NCBI GenBank assembly: GCA_040218735.1
Contig: JAVJQW010000043.1
Span: forward strand, 32,001 to 96,000
Direction of reading: 5' to 3'
Length of the DNA: 64,000 nt
From: Deltaproteobacteria bacterium
GTDB lineage: Bacteria > Myxococcota > Kuafuiibacteriia > Kuafuiibacteriales > Kuafuiibacteriaceae
In this document: piece after piece, positions 18,523 to 27,974 of the stretch
How positions within the stretch are numbered: position 1 is the stretch's first letter
Layout: every line of letters starts with the position of its first letter
Translations under genes and position numbers: made by a program
Notes under the pieces: model-generated
What the model was told of the DNA's origin: nothing
What the model saw: the letters and a program-made list of their open reading frames with translations, nothing else
Database searches by the model: none

Positions 18523-19781
18523 AACCCAAGGCGCGCGATGGGTTGATCACCGCCGACCACACGCGTCGCGGGCGGCGTATCGTCACCGTGCTGGATCCCG
18601 AAACCCACCGCGTGACCGTTCTCGAACCTTGGGAGCACGCGGTGCTCGTCCTGTGCGACGGAACGCGGACGGCGGAGCAGGTCGCGGTGCTGATGCCCGA
18701 CGACGACGAAGTTACCGTCGACGCCGCCGCGGTGCGTTTGTGTTTCGAGTTGTTCCAGCGCGAGCAGGTCACGACGAGCGCGGCGCCGCGCCCACGTTCG
18801 GCGGGGCCTCGGACCCTCGCGAACCTGCAGCTCGCGTACGCGGAGTGGCACAAGGACCCCGTACGCACGAAGCAGATCCTCCTCGGGGAGGTCGAGCCGT
18901 TCCCGGCGCAGCCCGACGCGCTGTCGCCCGGTTTGTCGCCCACGGTCGCGCTGCCGGACGAGGAGCCCGCGCACCGCGTCGGGAGTGTGTTGGTCGCCGC
19001 GGACATCTCTTCGATGCCGACGGGCGCCGCGACGCCGATCGATCCCAGCGCGACCGACGAGATGGACGGCGCGCCGCCGAGCGCCCTGTACGAGCCGTTG
19101 CCGTCGAAGGACGCGCCGGAAGAGGACCTGGACCGTACCCACGATGCGGACCTCGTGCCGCCGCTGGAGCTCGAGGACGAACCCACCTTCGGTTACGCCA
19201 AACGTCCGGCCGATGAGGCGGCCTCGACGCTCTCCGAGCAGAACCAGCCCTCGCGTCCACGACGCGAGCGGGGCTCTCTCCCGGTCGCGCCGATGGATCC
19301 GGAGGACACCGAGGACATCACGTCGATGCCCAACAGCGCGGCTGCGGTGTTCGCTCGTCTTCGGCGCGCGGGGGTGGTCGCGCGGTCGACGCGTGAGTGG
19401 AAGGACCCGCGCGGCGAGGGGCGGCGTAAGAATCGCGCGTCCACGCAGGTGTTCGAGACCGGGCTCGAGCTGCTCGCGGCCGGGGATCTTCAGTTCGCGT
19501 TGGAGCACTTCCAGACGCTCCTCGAGCACATGCCCGGGTCGAGCCGCGTGTCGGCGTTCGTCCGGGCGATCGAAGCGGTGCGTCGGCAGCCTGCGTTCGA
19601 CACGGCGCCGATGGCGACGCCGGAGGAGGTCGCGCGCGCGCGCGCGATGTTGGATTCGTTCGAAGGTGCGATCGCGGAGGCCGTGCAGCGCGGTCAGTGC
19701 CCGAGTTGTTTTGCGGGCGTTTCGCCGGGTGACGAGGACTGTCCGCGTTGTGGGTTCGTGCTTCGGTCGGAGGAGTTTTGA
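18519..19781 (+). CDS. Hypothetical protein: PqqD/RRE-like N-terminus, low-complexity linker, TPR and C-terminal zinc ribbon
   Basis: GTGA overlap start; LVLCDGTRTAEQV; CPSC...CPRC. Confidence 0.65.
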   Translation: MKPKARDGLITADHTRRGRRIVTVLDPETHRVTVLEPWEHAVLVLCDGTRTAEQVAVLMPDDDEVTVDAAAVRLCFELFQREQVTTSAAPRPRSAGPRTLANLQLAYAEWHKDPVRTKQILLGEVEPFPAQPDALSPGLSPTVALPDEEPAHRVGSVLVAADISSMPTGAATPIDPSATDEMDGAPPSALYEPLPSKDAPEEDLDRTHDADLVPPLELEDEPTFGYAKRPADEAASTLSEQNQPSRPRRERGSLPVAPMDPEDTEDITSMPNSAAAVFARLRRAGVVARSTREWKDPRGEGRRKNRASTQVFETGLELLAAGDLQFALEHFQTLLEHMPGSSRVSAFVRAIEAVRRQPAFDTAPMATPEEVARARAMLDSFEGAIAEAVQRGQCPSCFAGVSPGDEDCPRCGFVLRSEEF

Positions 19782-20884
19782 AGGCGGCGCTCGTCGCGCT
19801 GCTGTTGCTCGCGACGCCGGAAGGTAGCGAAGCGGAGCGACGCTCGATGGCGCTCCTCGCCGCGGGAGACAAGGCCTTCGACAACCTCGAGTACGAGGAG
19901 GCCGCGAAGCGGTACTTGGAGGCGTACCGTCTGCTAGAGGCGGCGGGGGAGCGGAACCGCGCTCCGTTCCTCTACAACGCGGGCCTCGCCTACGAGCAGC
20001 TCGGTTCCTGTGAGAAGGCGGTCGTCCTGTTCGACCGCTACCTCGAGACCGAGCAGATGAGTGTGACGCGGGAGATCGCGGGGACGATCGACCGAGCGCG
20101 CCGATGCGCGCCGACGATCCGGATTCAGACGAACCCACCCGGTGCGTCCGTACTCATCGACGGCGTCTCCGTCGGAGCGTCGCCGCTCTCGGTTCCGGTG
20201 CGCGCCGGAGAGCACGTGCTTCGGTTCGAGATGGATGGGTATCGTTCGCTCGAGACCGCGCTGAACGTCGAAGAGGGGAGACCGCGCGCGGTGGTGGAGT
20301 CGTTGGCCGGGCGCGCGAAGTTGGGGCGCATCGACTTGGTCGTGCGGGATATCTCCGAGGTTTCCATCGACGACGAAGTCATCGGGAGAGGGCCGTTCGA
20401 GCGCCAGGTGAAGATCGCGCACGGCAAACACGACGTCCGTTTGAATCGACTGGGCTGTGAGCTCCGGGAGCTGGAGCTGAACGTCCCGCCGGGAGGTTCG
20501 GTCGAGGCCGCGTTCTCACCGGACTGCGTGGCGGTCCCCGCGCAGGAGCCTCCGCACGGCCCCTACGTCCGCGGGCGAGGCGGCTCGAACGCGCCCGCGT
20601 GGATCAGCGGAGGCATCGGTGTCGCCGCGCTCGCGGTGAGCGGCGTCTTCGTAGGTTTGTCGATCGACGGCCGCAACGCGGTGGACGCCGAGCTCGCGAA
20701 GCCCGACGACGTGCGCGTCGGCGCCGAGGTGCGCCGGCTCAACGACGACGTGGGACGTAACAACGTCGTCGCGGTCTCCGCGGGCGTCGCGGGGTTGGCG
20801 GCGTTGAGTTTGGCGGTGGTGCTCTGGGTGACTTCGCCCGAGCCGCTGGAGGCCACGGTCGCAGGCCCGACGGCGCGATTCTAG
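19778..20884 (+). CDS. TPR + PEGA domain protein
   Basis: TTG start after AGGAG; LYNAGLAYEQLG; TNPPGASVLIDG..G.SPL; C-terminal TM helices. Confidence 0.85.
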   Translation: MKAALVALLLLATPEGSEAERRSMALLAAGDKAFDNLEYEEAAKRYLEAYRLLEAAGERNRAPFLYNAGLAYEQLGSCEKAVVLFDRYLETEQMSVTREIAGTIDRARRCAPTIRIQTNPPGASVLIDGVSVGASPLSVPVRAGEHVLRFEMDGYRSLETALNVEEGRPRAVVESLAGRAKLGRIDLVVRDISEVSIDDEVIGRGPFERQVKIAHGKHDVRLNRLGCELRELELNVPPGGSVEAAFSPDCVAVPAQEPPHGPYVRGRGGSNAPAWISGGIGVAALAVSGVFVGLSIDGRNAVDAELAKPDDVRVGAEVRRLNDDVGRNNVVAVSAGVAGLAALSLAVVLWVTSPEPLEATVAGPTARF

Positions 20885-20937
20885 GAGGCGGCGGGGCATC
20901 GCGTGAGGTTCGAGGCCTTCGACGCATAGAGCCTCGT

Positions 20938-22533
20938 ATGAACAACGTTGAACGGTTTACCGCCGCGTGCCTCGCGCTGCTCGTGCCCGCGAGCGCATTC
21001 GCCGCCAAGGAAGACTTCCACGACGTGGCGGAGATGGAGGCGGCCGTCGACGTGCTCGACGGCGGCGCGGGAGGCATGCTCCGCGTCTTCACGATCGGGA
21101 CGACGCCCCTCGGCCACGACATTCGCGCCGTCCTCCTCAGCGAGGACCGCCCCAGCGGGCACGACGCCGCGGGCAACGCGGACCGGCCCGCGCTGTTGAT
21201 CGAGTGCGGAACCCACGCGCGGGAGTGGGCGTCGCCCGAGATGTGCCTCCACCTGCTGCAGAGCATCTCGTTCGCGTACTTCCTCGACGCGCTGCTCGGG
21301 ACGACGGTGGTCGAGGACATCGCAGCGGAGGCGGACATCTGGATCATCCCGATGGTGAATCCGGACGGGCGCCAGTACGACGACGCGACGGGCGGAGACC
21401 CGGAGGTGTACTGGACGTCGACGATCTGGCACCCCGCGTCCAGCTCCGACAGCAACGGGTGGCGCACGAACGCTCAGACGTTGAGTTGTCCGGGTGGGTT
21501 GTTCGGTCTCGGGGTGGGAATCGATCTCAATCGCGCCTACTCCCAAGGGTGGTCCTCGGGCGATGGGAACTGTCTGAGTAACAAGTTTCACGGTGACTTC
21601 CCGTTCGAAGCGGTCGAGGCTCAGCACATGCGGAAGTTCGTGAACAACCGCATGATTTCGATGTCGATGTCGGTGCACAGCTATAGCCCGTGCGTCGGCG
21701 CTCAGAACGGGGACGCCGACGTCCCGCAGAACTTCCGCGACGTGTTCAACGGCATCGTCGTCGAACCGGAGGGGCAGCTCGACTACGCGGCCGGGACTTG
21801 CGAAGGCAAAGGCGTCGGTCAGTTCACCGGGTGGATGGCCAAACCCTCCGACACCGCCGGTGCAGCCGACCACAGCACGACTCGCGCGGCGGTGTCGATG
21901 CTCCTCGAGCTCCCGCCGGACGGCGCCGCCTACGACGACACCGCGAGCCCGTCGCCGTACCGCTTCGACCCGTTCGATGCGTCCAACCCCTTCCACCCGA
22001 GCGATACCGACTATGCGTCGGACGTCGCGCCCGCGTTCTACAACGCGATGCTCTACCTCATGAGACAGGCGCGCTCGCCGTGGTGTGCCATCGATCCGAG
22101 CACGCTCCTCCCGGACGCGAGCTGCGTGCAGGACTTCGGTCTCACGGGTGCGAAGATCGCGAACTGTCGCAACTGCGTCGGGCTCCTCGACAACGACGTT
22201 CGTGCCGGCGAGGTCGTCGAGGTCATGCCGGCGGGCGATCGGCGCGTCGTCTACCGCGTGCAGAACTTCGACGCGGTGACCGCTTCTCCCCAGACCGTCC
22301 GCGTGACTACAGTCATCAGCTCGCGCACCGCCTGGCCGAACCCGTACACGAACGACCTCGTGGAAGCGCGAACCTACGACCTCGATGCGCTCGAAGGTGC
22401 GACCGACGGCATCCCGTTCACGTTCATCGCGGGGCGTGAGTACATGATCGGAATCTACGCGTACCCGATGAGTTACTCGGGTGACACGGAGCCGGACAAC
22501 AACACGCAGCTGTTCCGCTTCGAGGTTCAGTGA
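20938..22533 (+). CDS. Secreted M14 zinc carboxypeptidase
   Basis: Signal peptide; GTHAREW, PMVNPDG, GIDLNR, SVHSY. Confidence 0.88.
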   Translation: MNNVERFTAACLALLVPASAFAAKEDFHDVAEMEAAVDVLDGGAGGMLRVFTIGTTPLGHDIRAVLLSEDRPSGHDAAGNADRPALLIECGTHAREWASPEMCLHLLQSISFAYFLDALLGTTVVEDIAAEADIWIIPMVNPDGRQYDDATGGDPEVYWTSTIWHPASSSDSNGWRTNAQTLSCPGGLFGLGVGIDLNRAYSQGWSSGDGNCLSNKFHGDFPFEAVEAQHMRKFVNNRMISMSMSVHSYSPCVGAQNGDADVPQNFRDVFNGIVVEPEGQLDYAAGTCEGKGVGQFTGWMAKPSDTAGAADHSTTRAAVSMLLELPPDGAAYDDTASPSPYRFDPFDASNPFHPSDTDYASDVAPAFYNAMLYLMRQARSPWCAIDPSTLLPDASCVQDFGLTGAKIANCRNCVGLLDNDVRAGEVVEVMPAGDRRVVYRVQNFDAVTASPQTVRVTTVISSRTAWPNPYTNDLVEARTYDLDALEGATDGIPFTFIAGREYMIGIYAYPMSYSGDTEPDNNTQLFRFEVQ

Positions 22534-23564
22534 GAGGGGGTGGCGTAGAGCCGTCCACCGTCGAGCGCGACGTGGACGGTTCCGCCCCCGTGCACCGGCG
22601 TCGACCTCCCGACGTCCGCGCGCAGCGTGCCCGCCAACGTCTCGATTTCCAGCTCAGTGCGTTCGCCGAGGAACGTCGCGCGGGTGACGCGGCCTTCGAT
22701 ACCGCCGTCGGCGAGGCGCACGTCTTCGGGTCGTACGCCGAGCACGACGGACTGGGCGTCCGTCGCCGAGGTCACGGGGAGCTCGAAGCCCTGGACCCGC
22801 GCGCGGCCCTCACCGGTGCGCTCCACACCTTCGAGGATCGAGAGGCGCCCCACGAACTTCGCCACCGCGAGCGACGCCGGCTCCGCGTAGATCTCCCGCG
22901 GCGGCGCGACCTGCGCGATCACGCCGTCGAGGACGACCGCGACCCGGTCACTCACCGCGAACGCCTCCGGCTGGTCGTGCGTGACGTAGAGCGAGGTGAT
23001 CCCGACCTGCTTCGCGAGCACGCGGATCTCGTGGCGCATCTCTTCGCGCAGCTTCGCGTCGAGGTTGGACAGCGGCTCATCGAACAACAGGAGCTTCGGC
23101 TCCGCGACCAGCGCGCGCGCCAGCGCCACGCGCTGTTGCTGCCCTCCGGACAACGTGTCGGGGAAGCGGTCGCCCATGCCGCCCAGCCGCACCAGCTCCA
23201 GCGTTCGGTCCGCGCGCGCCCCGGCGTCGCCGTTCTTCGCCAGCTTCAGCGGGTACGCGACGTTGTCGCGGACGTTTTTGTGCGGCCACACTGCGTACGA
23301 CTGAAAGACCATCCCGATGCGGCGAGCCTCGGGCGGAAGATCGACGGCGTCGCTCTTCACGGTCTGGCCGGCGATCGTGATCGTCCCCGAGTCGGGTGTC
23401 TCGAGCCCCGCGACCATCCGCAGCGCCGTCGTCTTCCCGCAGCCCGAGGGGCCGAGCAGGGCGACGATCTCCCCCGCCTCCAGCGCGATCTCGAGACCGC
23501 GCACCACGTGGTTGTCGCCGAAGCGTTTGTGAATCGCTCGAAGCTCGAGCCCTGACTCGCTCAC
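22527..23564 (-). CDS. ABC transporter ATP-binding protein (FbpC/PotA-like)
   Basis: GPSGCGKT, LSGGQQQRVALARA, DEPLSNLD. Confidence 0.93.
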   Translation of the reverse strand: MSESGLELRAIHKRFGDNHVVRGLEIALEAGEIVALLGPSGCGKTTALRMVAGLETPDSGTITIAGQTVKSDAVDLPPEARRIGMVFQSYAVWPHKNVRDNVAYPLKLAKNGDAGARADRTLELVRLGGMGDRFPDTLSGGQQQRVALARALVAEPKLLLFDEPLSNLDAKLREEMRHEIRVLAKQVGITSLYVTHDQPEAFAVSDRVAVVLDGVIAQVAPPREIYAEPASLAVAKFVGRLSILEGVERTGEGRARVQGFELPVTSATDAQSVVLGVRPEDVRLADGGIEGRVTRATFLGERTELEIETLAGTLRADVGRSTPVHGGGTVHVALDGGRLYATPSH

Positions 23565-25240
23565 GTCGTTCGTCTCCTCGAAAGTCGTCGCGACAGGAAG
23601 TCACCGACGAGCGCGATCCCCACCACCAACGTCGCCACCACACTCGCCGCCGGCGGGTCCGCGTAGCTCTGTAGCTCGAACAGCAGCGTCCCCGCGGTCT
23701 GCGTGTGCGCGCCGAACAGCAGCACACTCATCGTCAGCTCCGACAGGCACGGCAGCGCCACGACCACGAACGCCGCGAGCACCGCGGGGGACACCAGCGG
23801 CAGCAACACGTCGACCGTGCCGCGGAGCGGTCCTGCGCCGGACGTCCGCGCGGCCTCCTCCAACGAAGGGTGGATCTGATCGAGCGCCGCGCGCGCACCG
23901 CGCACACCGAACGCGAGGTACTTCACGCCGTACGCCACGATCAGCAATCCGAGCGTCCCCGGCAGGTAGAGCGCGAACGTCACGCGGTCCGCGACGATGA
24001 CGCGGTACTCCAGCGAGAACGCGAGCAGCAGCCCGATCGCCAATACGGTCCCCGGCACCGCGTAGGGCGCGGACGCGAGGAACGACACGACGGCGCCGGC
24101 GCGTCGTGTGACCTTCGCCATGCGCGCGACGACCAGGCCGAGCACCGCGACGAGCGCGCCGGTGAGGAGCGCCAACACGATCGAGTGCACGAACGCTCCG
24201 AGTGTCTCCTCGCGCGCGAGCACGTTGTTCCAGTGCACGAAGGACAGCGTCCCGGGCTCCGCGAACGACTTCGCCAGTGAGGTCCACGCGATCGTCGACA
24301 GCGGCAGGACGATTGCGGTCAGCGCGAACAACGCGAGCCCCGCGCGCACGAAGAACCTCAGCGGACCGAGGCGCACGAGGGAAGGGCGCGACGACTTACC
24401 CGAGACCTGCACCGTCGATCGCCGCTTCGCGAGCCAGCTCGACGCGGCCTGCGCGAGGCCCGACGTCGCGAGCAACACGATCGCCAACGCCGCGGCGCGC
24501 GCGAGCATGTCCTCGCCGCCGAGCGTCGTGTAGCGGAAGATGCGCGTGGTCAGGAAGTACACCGGCGGCGACGCCACGGACCCCAGCAGGTACGGCACGC
24601 CGAACGCGGCCGTCGCGAACACGAACACCAACCCCGCCGCCGCCGCCATCGAGGGGAGGACGAGGGGGATCGTCACGTCGATCAACACCCGCACCGGCCC
24701 GGCGCCCGCGGTGCGCGCCGCCTCCTCCAGCGCCGGGTCGGCGCGCGACAACGAAGCTCGCACGGCGAGCAACACAAACGGATAGGAGGCGGTGACGAGC
24801 ACCAGCACGATGCCGTCGAGCCCGTACAGATCGACCCATGGCGCGGATGCGATTCGATTCAGTAGACCGTTGCGCCCGTTGCCGAGTAGGGCCCACGCCA
24901 TCGCGAGTAGGTAGGGCGGAACGGCGAGCGGCAGCGTGAGCAACGCACCGGTCGCGCCGCGTGTGCGCTCGGAGACAAACGCGTCCGTGCGTTCGACGAC
25001 CCACGCGAGCGTCGCACCGAGCGGCACTGCGAGTCCCGTCACCCAGCCCGCGAGGACCAGCGTGTTGAACCACGCTTCGTGTGCGCCCGGCTCCGCGAGC
25101 TCGGCGAGCAAGGGCGCACCGCCGTCGGCGAGCGCGGTCCGCAGCACCGCGGCGAGCGGCCACACCGCGAACAGCAACAACGCCGCCGTCGCGCCGACGC
25201 CGATCGACACGTACGAAAGCGAAAGACGGCGGCGACTCAA
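23561..25240 (-). CDS. Iron(III)-type ABC transporter permease
   Basis: Two LEEAART.GA loops; many TMs; start inferred from TTGA overlap. Confidence 0.85.
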   Translation of the reverse strand: MSRRRLSLSYVSIGVGATAALLLFAVWPLAAVLRTALADGGAPLLAELAEPGAHEAWFNTLVLAGWVTGLAVPLGATLAWVVERTDAFVSERTRGATGALLTLPLAVPPYLLAMAWALLGNGRNGLLNRIASAPWVDLYGLDGIVLVLVTASYPFVLLAVRASLSRADPALEEAARTAGAGPVRVLIDVTIPLVLPSMAAAAGLVFVFATAAFGVPYLLGSVASPPVYFLTTRIFRYTTLGGEDMLARAAALAIVLLATSGLAQAASSWLAKRRSTVQVSGKSSRPSLVRLGPLRFFVRAGLALFALTAIVLPLSTIAWTSLAKSFAEPGTLSFVHWNNVLAREETLGAFVHSIVLALLTGALVAVLGLVVARMAKVTRRAGAVVSFLASAPYAVPGTVLAIGLLLAFSLEYRVIVADRVTFALYLPGTLGLLIVAYGVKYLAFGVRGARAALDQIHPSLEEAARTSGAGPLRGTVDVLLPLVSPAVLAAFVVVALPCLSELTMSVLLFGAHTQTAGTLLFELQSYADPPAASVVATLVVGIALVGDFLSRRLSRRRTT

Positions 25241-26271
25241 TGGCCACCCATGATCGCGCTGAACTTCTCGCGCAGCGTCTGGGACTGGTCGACCGCAGCG
25301 TGCACGAAGTCGTCGGTCCACTGGTACTTCGTGTCGAGGAGTTTCGGCAGCGGCGGCGCACCGGTCGGCGGTTCCAGCGTGTCGAACGGGGCGTGCATCA
25401 GACCGTCCACGATCTTCTCCTGCGCAGCCTTGGACAGCAGCACCTCGTACACCGCCCGCGCCGCGACCGGGTTCGGTCCCTTGGCGAGGAGCGCGATCGG
25501 GCCGGGGATGATCACCGCGCCTTCCTCCGGGAGCTTCCACTTCACCGGCGTGCCGCGCTTCTCGGCGGCGAGGACGTTTTCGAGGAGAACAAAACCGACG
25601 TGGTGCTCACCGCTCTCGAGGCGGGTGAGCGTCGACGAGTTGCCGCCCGATGCGATCGTGTTCACCGCTTTCATCCGCTGCATGACGTCCTCGCCGTGGG
25701 TGTGGACGAGGAATGCGAGCGTCGTGAACGTGGTTCCGGAACCGAGCGGGTCCGGCGTGGTGACACGTCCGACGAACCGCTCGTCGAAGAGATCCAAGAA
25801 GGTCCGCGGGACCTCATCGGGCTTCACGTGTTCCTCGTTGTACGCCAACACCATCGTCGAGATCCGCGACGTGACGAAGTAGCCGCGCGGGTCGACCAGC
25901 GTTCGTGGCATGGCGAGCGCGGGGATCGGCGCGAAGGCTGCGAGGTGCCGCTCCTCGGCGAGGCGCCGGTACCACAGCGGGTCGGACGTCATGACCAAGT
26001 CGGCGCTCGGGGTCCCGGCGGTGAGCTCCGCGTCGAGGCGCGTCGCGAGTTTTTCGCTGCCGCCCTGCAGCCACTCGACCTCGACCTCGGGCAGCGCCTC
26101 CGCGAGGATGGGCTTCATCGCGTCGATCACGTGGCGGTACATCGACGTGTAGACGGTGACGCGCCCGGTCGGTTGGGTGTCGGCGGCCTGCTGACGGACC
26201 CGAGGCGCGCCGACCTCGACGCGACACGCGGAGAGGACGAGGAGCCCGGTCACCACCAACACACGCGACAC
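25237..26271 (-). CDS. ABC transporter substrate-binding lipoprotein (Fe3+/thiamine-like)
   Basis: Lipobox LSAC; VTVYTS, PDPLGSGT, PEEGAV. Confidence 0.88.
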   Translation of the reverse strand: MSRVLVVTGLLVLSACRVEVGAPRVRQQAADTQPTGRVTVYTSMYRHVIDAMKPILAEALPEVEVEWLQGGSEKLATRLDAELTAGTPSADLVMTSDPLWYRRLAEERHLAAFAPIPALAMPRTLVDPRGYFVTSRISTMVLAYNEEHVKPDEVPRTFLDLFDERFVGRVTTPDPLGSGTTFTTLAFLVHTHGEDVMQRMKAVNTIASGGNSSTLTRLESGEHHVGFVLLENVLAAEKRGTPVKWKLPEEGAVIIPGPIALLAKGPNPVAARAVYEVLLSKAAQEKIVDGLMHAPFDTLEPPTGAPPLPKLLDTKYQWTDDFVHAAVDQSQTLREKFSAIMGGH

Positions 26272-26360
26272 GCGCCCCTTGTTTCGGGTTTGGGAGCGGC
26301 GATCAAGCTCTCAGGTTCGGTTGACGGGTTCGCGGGGCCGCTGCTACGTGCCGAGGGCTG

Positions 26361-27974
26361 ATGTCGATGCGCTGGGTCATCTGTACGGTCCTGACGGCGC
26401 TGGCGGGCATCGCCTGTAAGAACGGCAAACAGGCCCCCTCGGCGGCGCAGGCGTCCCGAGGCTTCGAGCCCGCGCGCAAGGCCGAGATCTACTTCTCCAC
26501 GGAGGTCGCGGGGTACGTCGAGCCCTGCGGGTGCACGACCAAACCGCTCGGCGGCGTTCAGCGCCTCGCGACGGTCGTGCGGCGCGGGCACGAGCACCGC
26601 GCGGTCGTCGACGCCGGCAACCTGCTGTTCCCGCCCGACGGCGTGAACGACGTGACCCGTGAGCAGCACATCCTCAAGGCGAAGATCCTCGGCCGGGTGT
26701 ACCGGCAGCTCGGAGCGGTGGCGCTGAACGTGGGGCCGTCGGATCTCGCGGACGGCGCCGACTTCCTCCAGAACCTGCAGCAGGAGGGGGCGACGCCGTT
26801 CGTCTCGGCGAACGTGCGCCCCGCCGAGGAGACGGGGCCGACGATCGCGCGTTCGTTCGTGCGGAAGATCGGGGCGATCAAGGTCGGGTTCACCGGCGTC
26901 GCGCCGCCCGAGAAGATCGCGAGCACGAAGGCGGCCGTCACGGTCATCGAGTACGCGCCGGGTGTCGCGTCGGAGGTGAAGGTGCTGCGCGACGAGGGCG
27001 CAGAGGTCGTCGTGGTGCTCGCGCACCTGTCCCTCGTCGACGCGAAGGCGTTGGCGAAGGCGGTGCCGAACATCGACGTCATCCTCCGTGCGCCGGGGAC
27101 GCCGATCGAGCGTGACCCGGCGGGGCCCGTGCGCGAGGGCAAGGTGATCATCGCGGAGGCGGGCTCGCAGGGGCAGCACATCGGGCGCCTGACGCTCGCG
27201 TTCGGTGCGGACGCCCCGGAGCGTCCGCTGGTGCTCGACGACGCGGGTGCGGCGGAGCTCAAACGACGCCAGCTCGCGGAGCGGAAGATCCGCGCCTACC
27301 AGATGGAGGTCGACGCGTGGAGCGTGGACCCGAAGAAGGCCGAAGCGGTGAAGGCGAAGAAGGCGCAAATCGCGCAGATTCAGGCGGACCTCGATCGTCC
27401 GCTGCCACCGTCACCGCCGCCGTCGGGTCCGCACGTGCGCGTCGACATCGTGCGGCTCACGGAAGACATCCCTTCGGACCCGGCGATGACCAAGCTCCTC
27501 GAGGTCTACTACCGCGAGCTGCACGCGATGAACCTGACCAAAGGTGACACGGAAAAGTGCGCGCCGAAGGAAGGCGCTGCCACATTCGTCGGTACGGCCA
27601 AGTGTGTGGAGTGCCACGAGGAGGCCTACGCGTTCTGGAAGAAGACGAAGCATGCGAAGGCGTGGGCGACGCTCGAAGACGACGGCAAGCACTTCGATCT
27701 AACCTGCATCGGCTGCCACACCGTGGGGTACGAGCAGGCGGGCGGGTTCTGTCGGCTCGCGGACGTGAAGGGGTATGAGGACGTCGGGTGCGAGAACTGC
27801 CACGGGCCGGGCTCGATACACATCGAGGACCAGGACCCGTCGTCCATCGAGCTCGAGGCGCCCGAGTCGACGTGCGCCGACGGGTGTCACGTGCCCGAGC
27901 ACAGCGACGCGTTCGTCTACGAGAAGTACCTGCGTGAGATCACCGGACCGGGGCACGAGCTCGACGAGAGTTGA
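26361..27974 (+). CDS. UshA-like (5'-nucleotidase fold) domain fused to multiheme cytochrome c (c554-like)
   Basis: Lipobox; GYVEPCGC..PLGG, VDAGN, VSAN, LAHL; heme motifs CVECH, CIGCH, CENCH, CADGCH. Confidence 0.82.
   Translation: MSMRWVICTVLTALAGIACKNGKQAPSAAQASRGFEPARKAEIYFSTEVAGYVEPCGCTTKPLGGVQRLATVVRRGHEHRAVVDAGNLLFPPDGVNDVTREQHILKAKILGRVYRQLGAVALNVGPSDLADGADFLQNLQQEGATPFVSANVRPAEETGPTIARSFVRKIGAIKVGFTGVAPPEKIASTKAAVTVIEYAPGVASEVKVLRDEGAEVVVVLAHLSLVDAKALAKAVPNIDVILRAPGTPIERDPAGPVREGKVIIAEAGSQGQHIGRLTLAFGADAPERPLVLDDAGAAELKRRQLAERKIRAYQMEVDAWSVDPKKAEAVKAKKAQIAQIQADLDRPLPPSPPPSGPHVRVDIVRLTEDIPSDPAMTKLLEVYYRELHAMNLTKGDTEKCAPKEGAATFVGTAKCVECHEEAYAFWKKTKHAKAWATLEDDGKHFDLTCIGCHTVGYEQAGGFCRLADVKGYEDVGCENCHGPGSIHIEDQDPSSIELEAPESTCADGCHVPEHSDAFVYEKYLREITGPGHELDES

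Noticed and set aside
26520-26540. Possible selenocysteine at the CGC motif
   Set aside because: Both codons are TGC; there is no in-frame TGA
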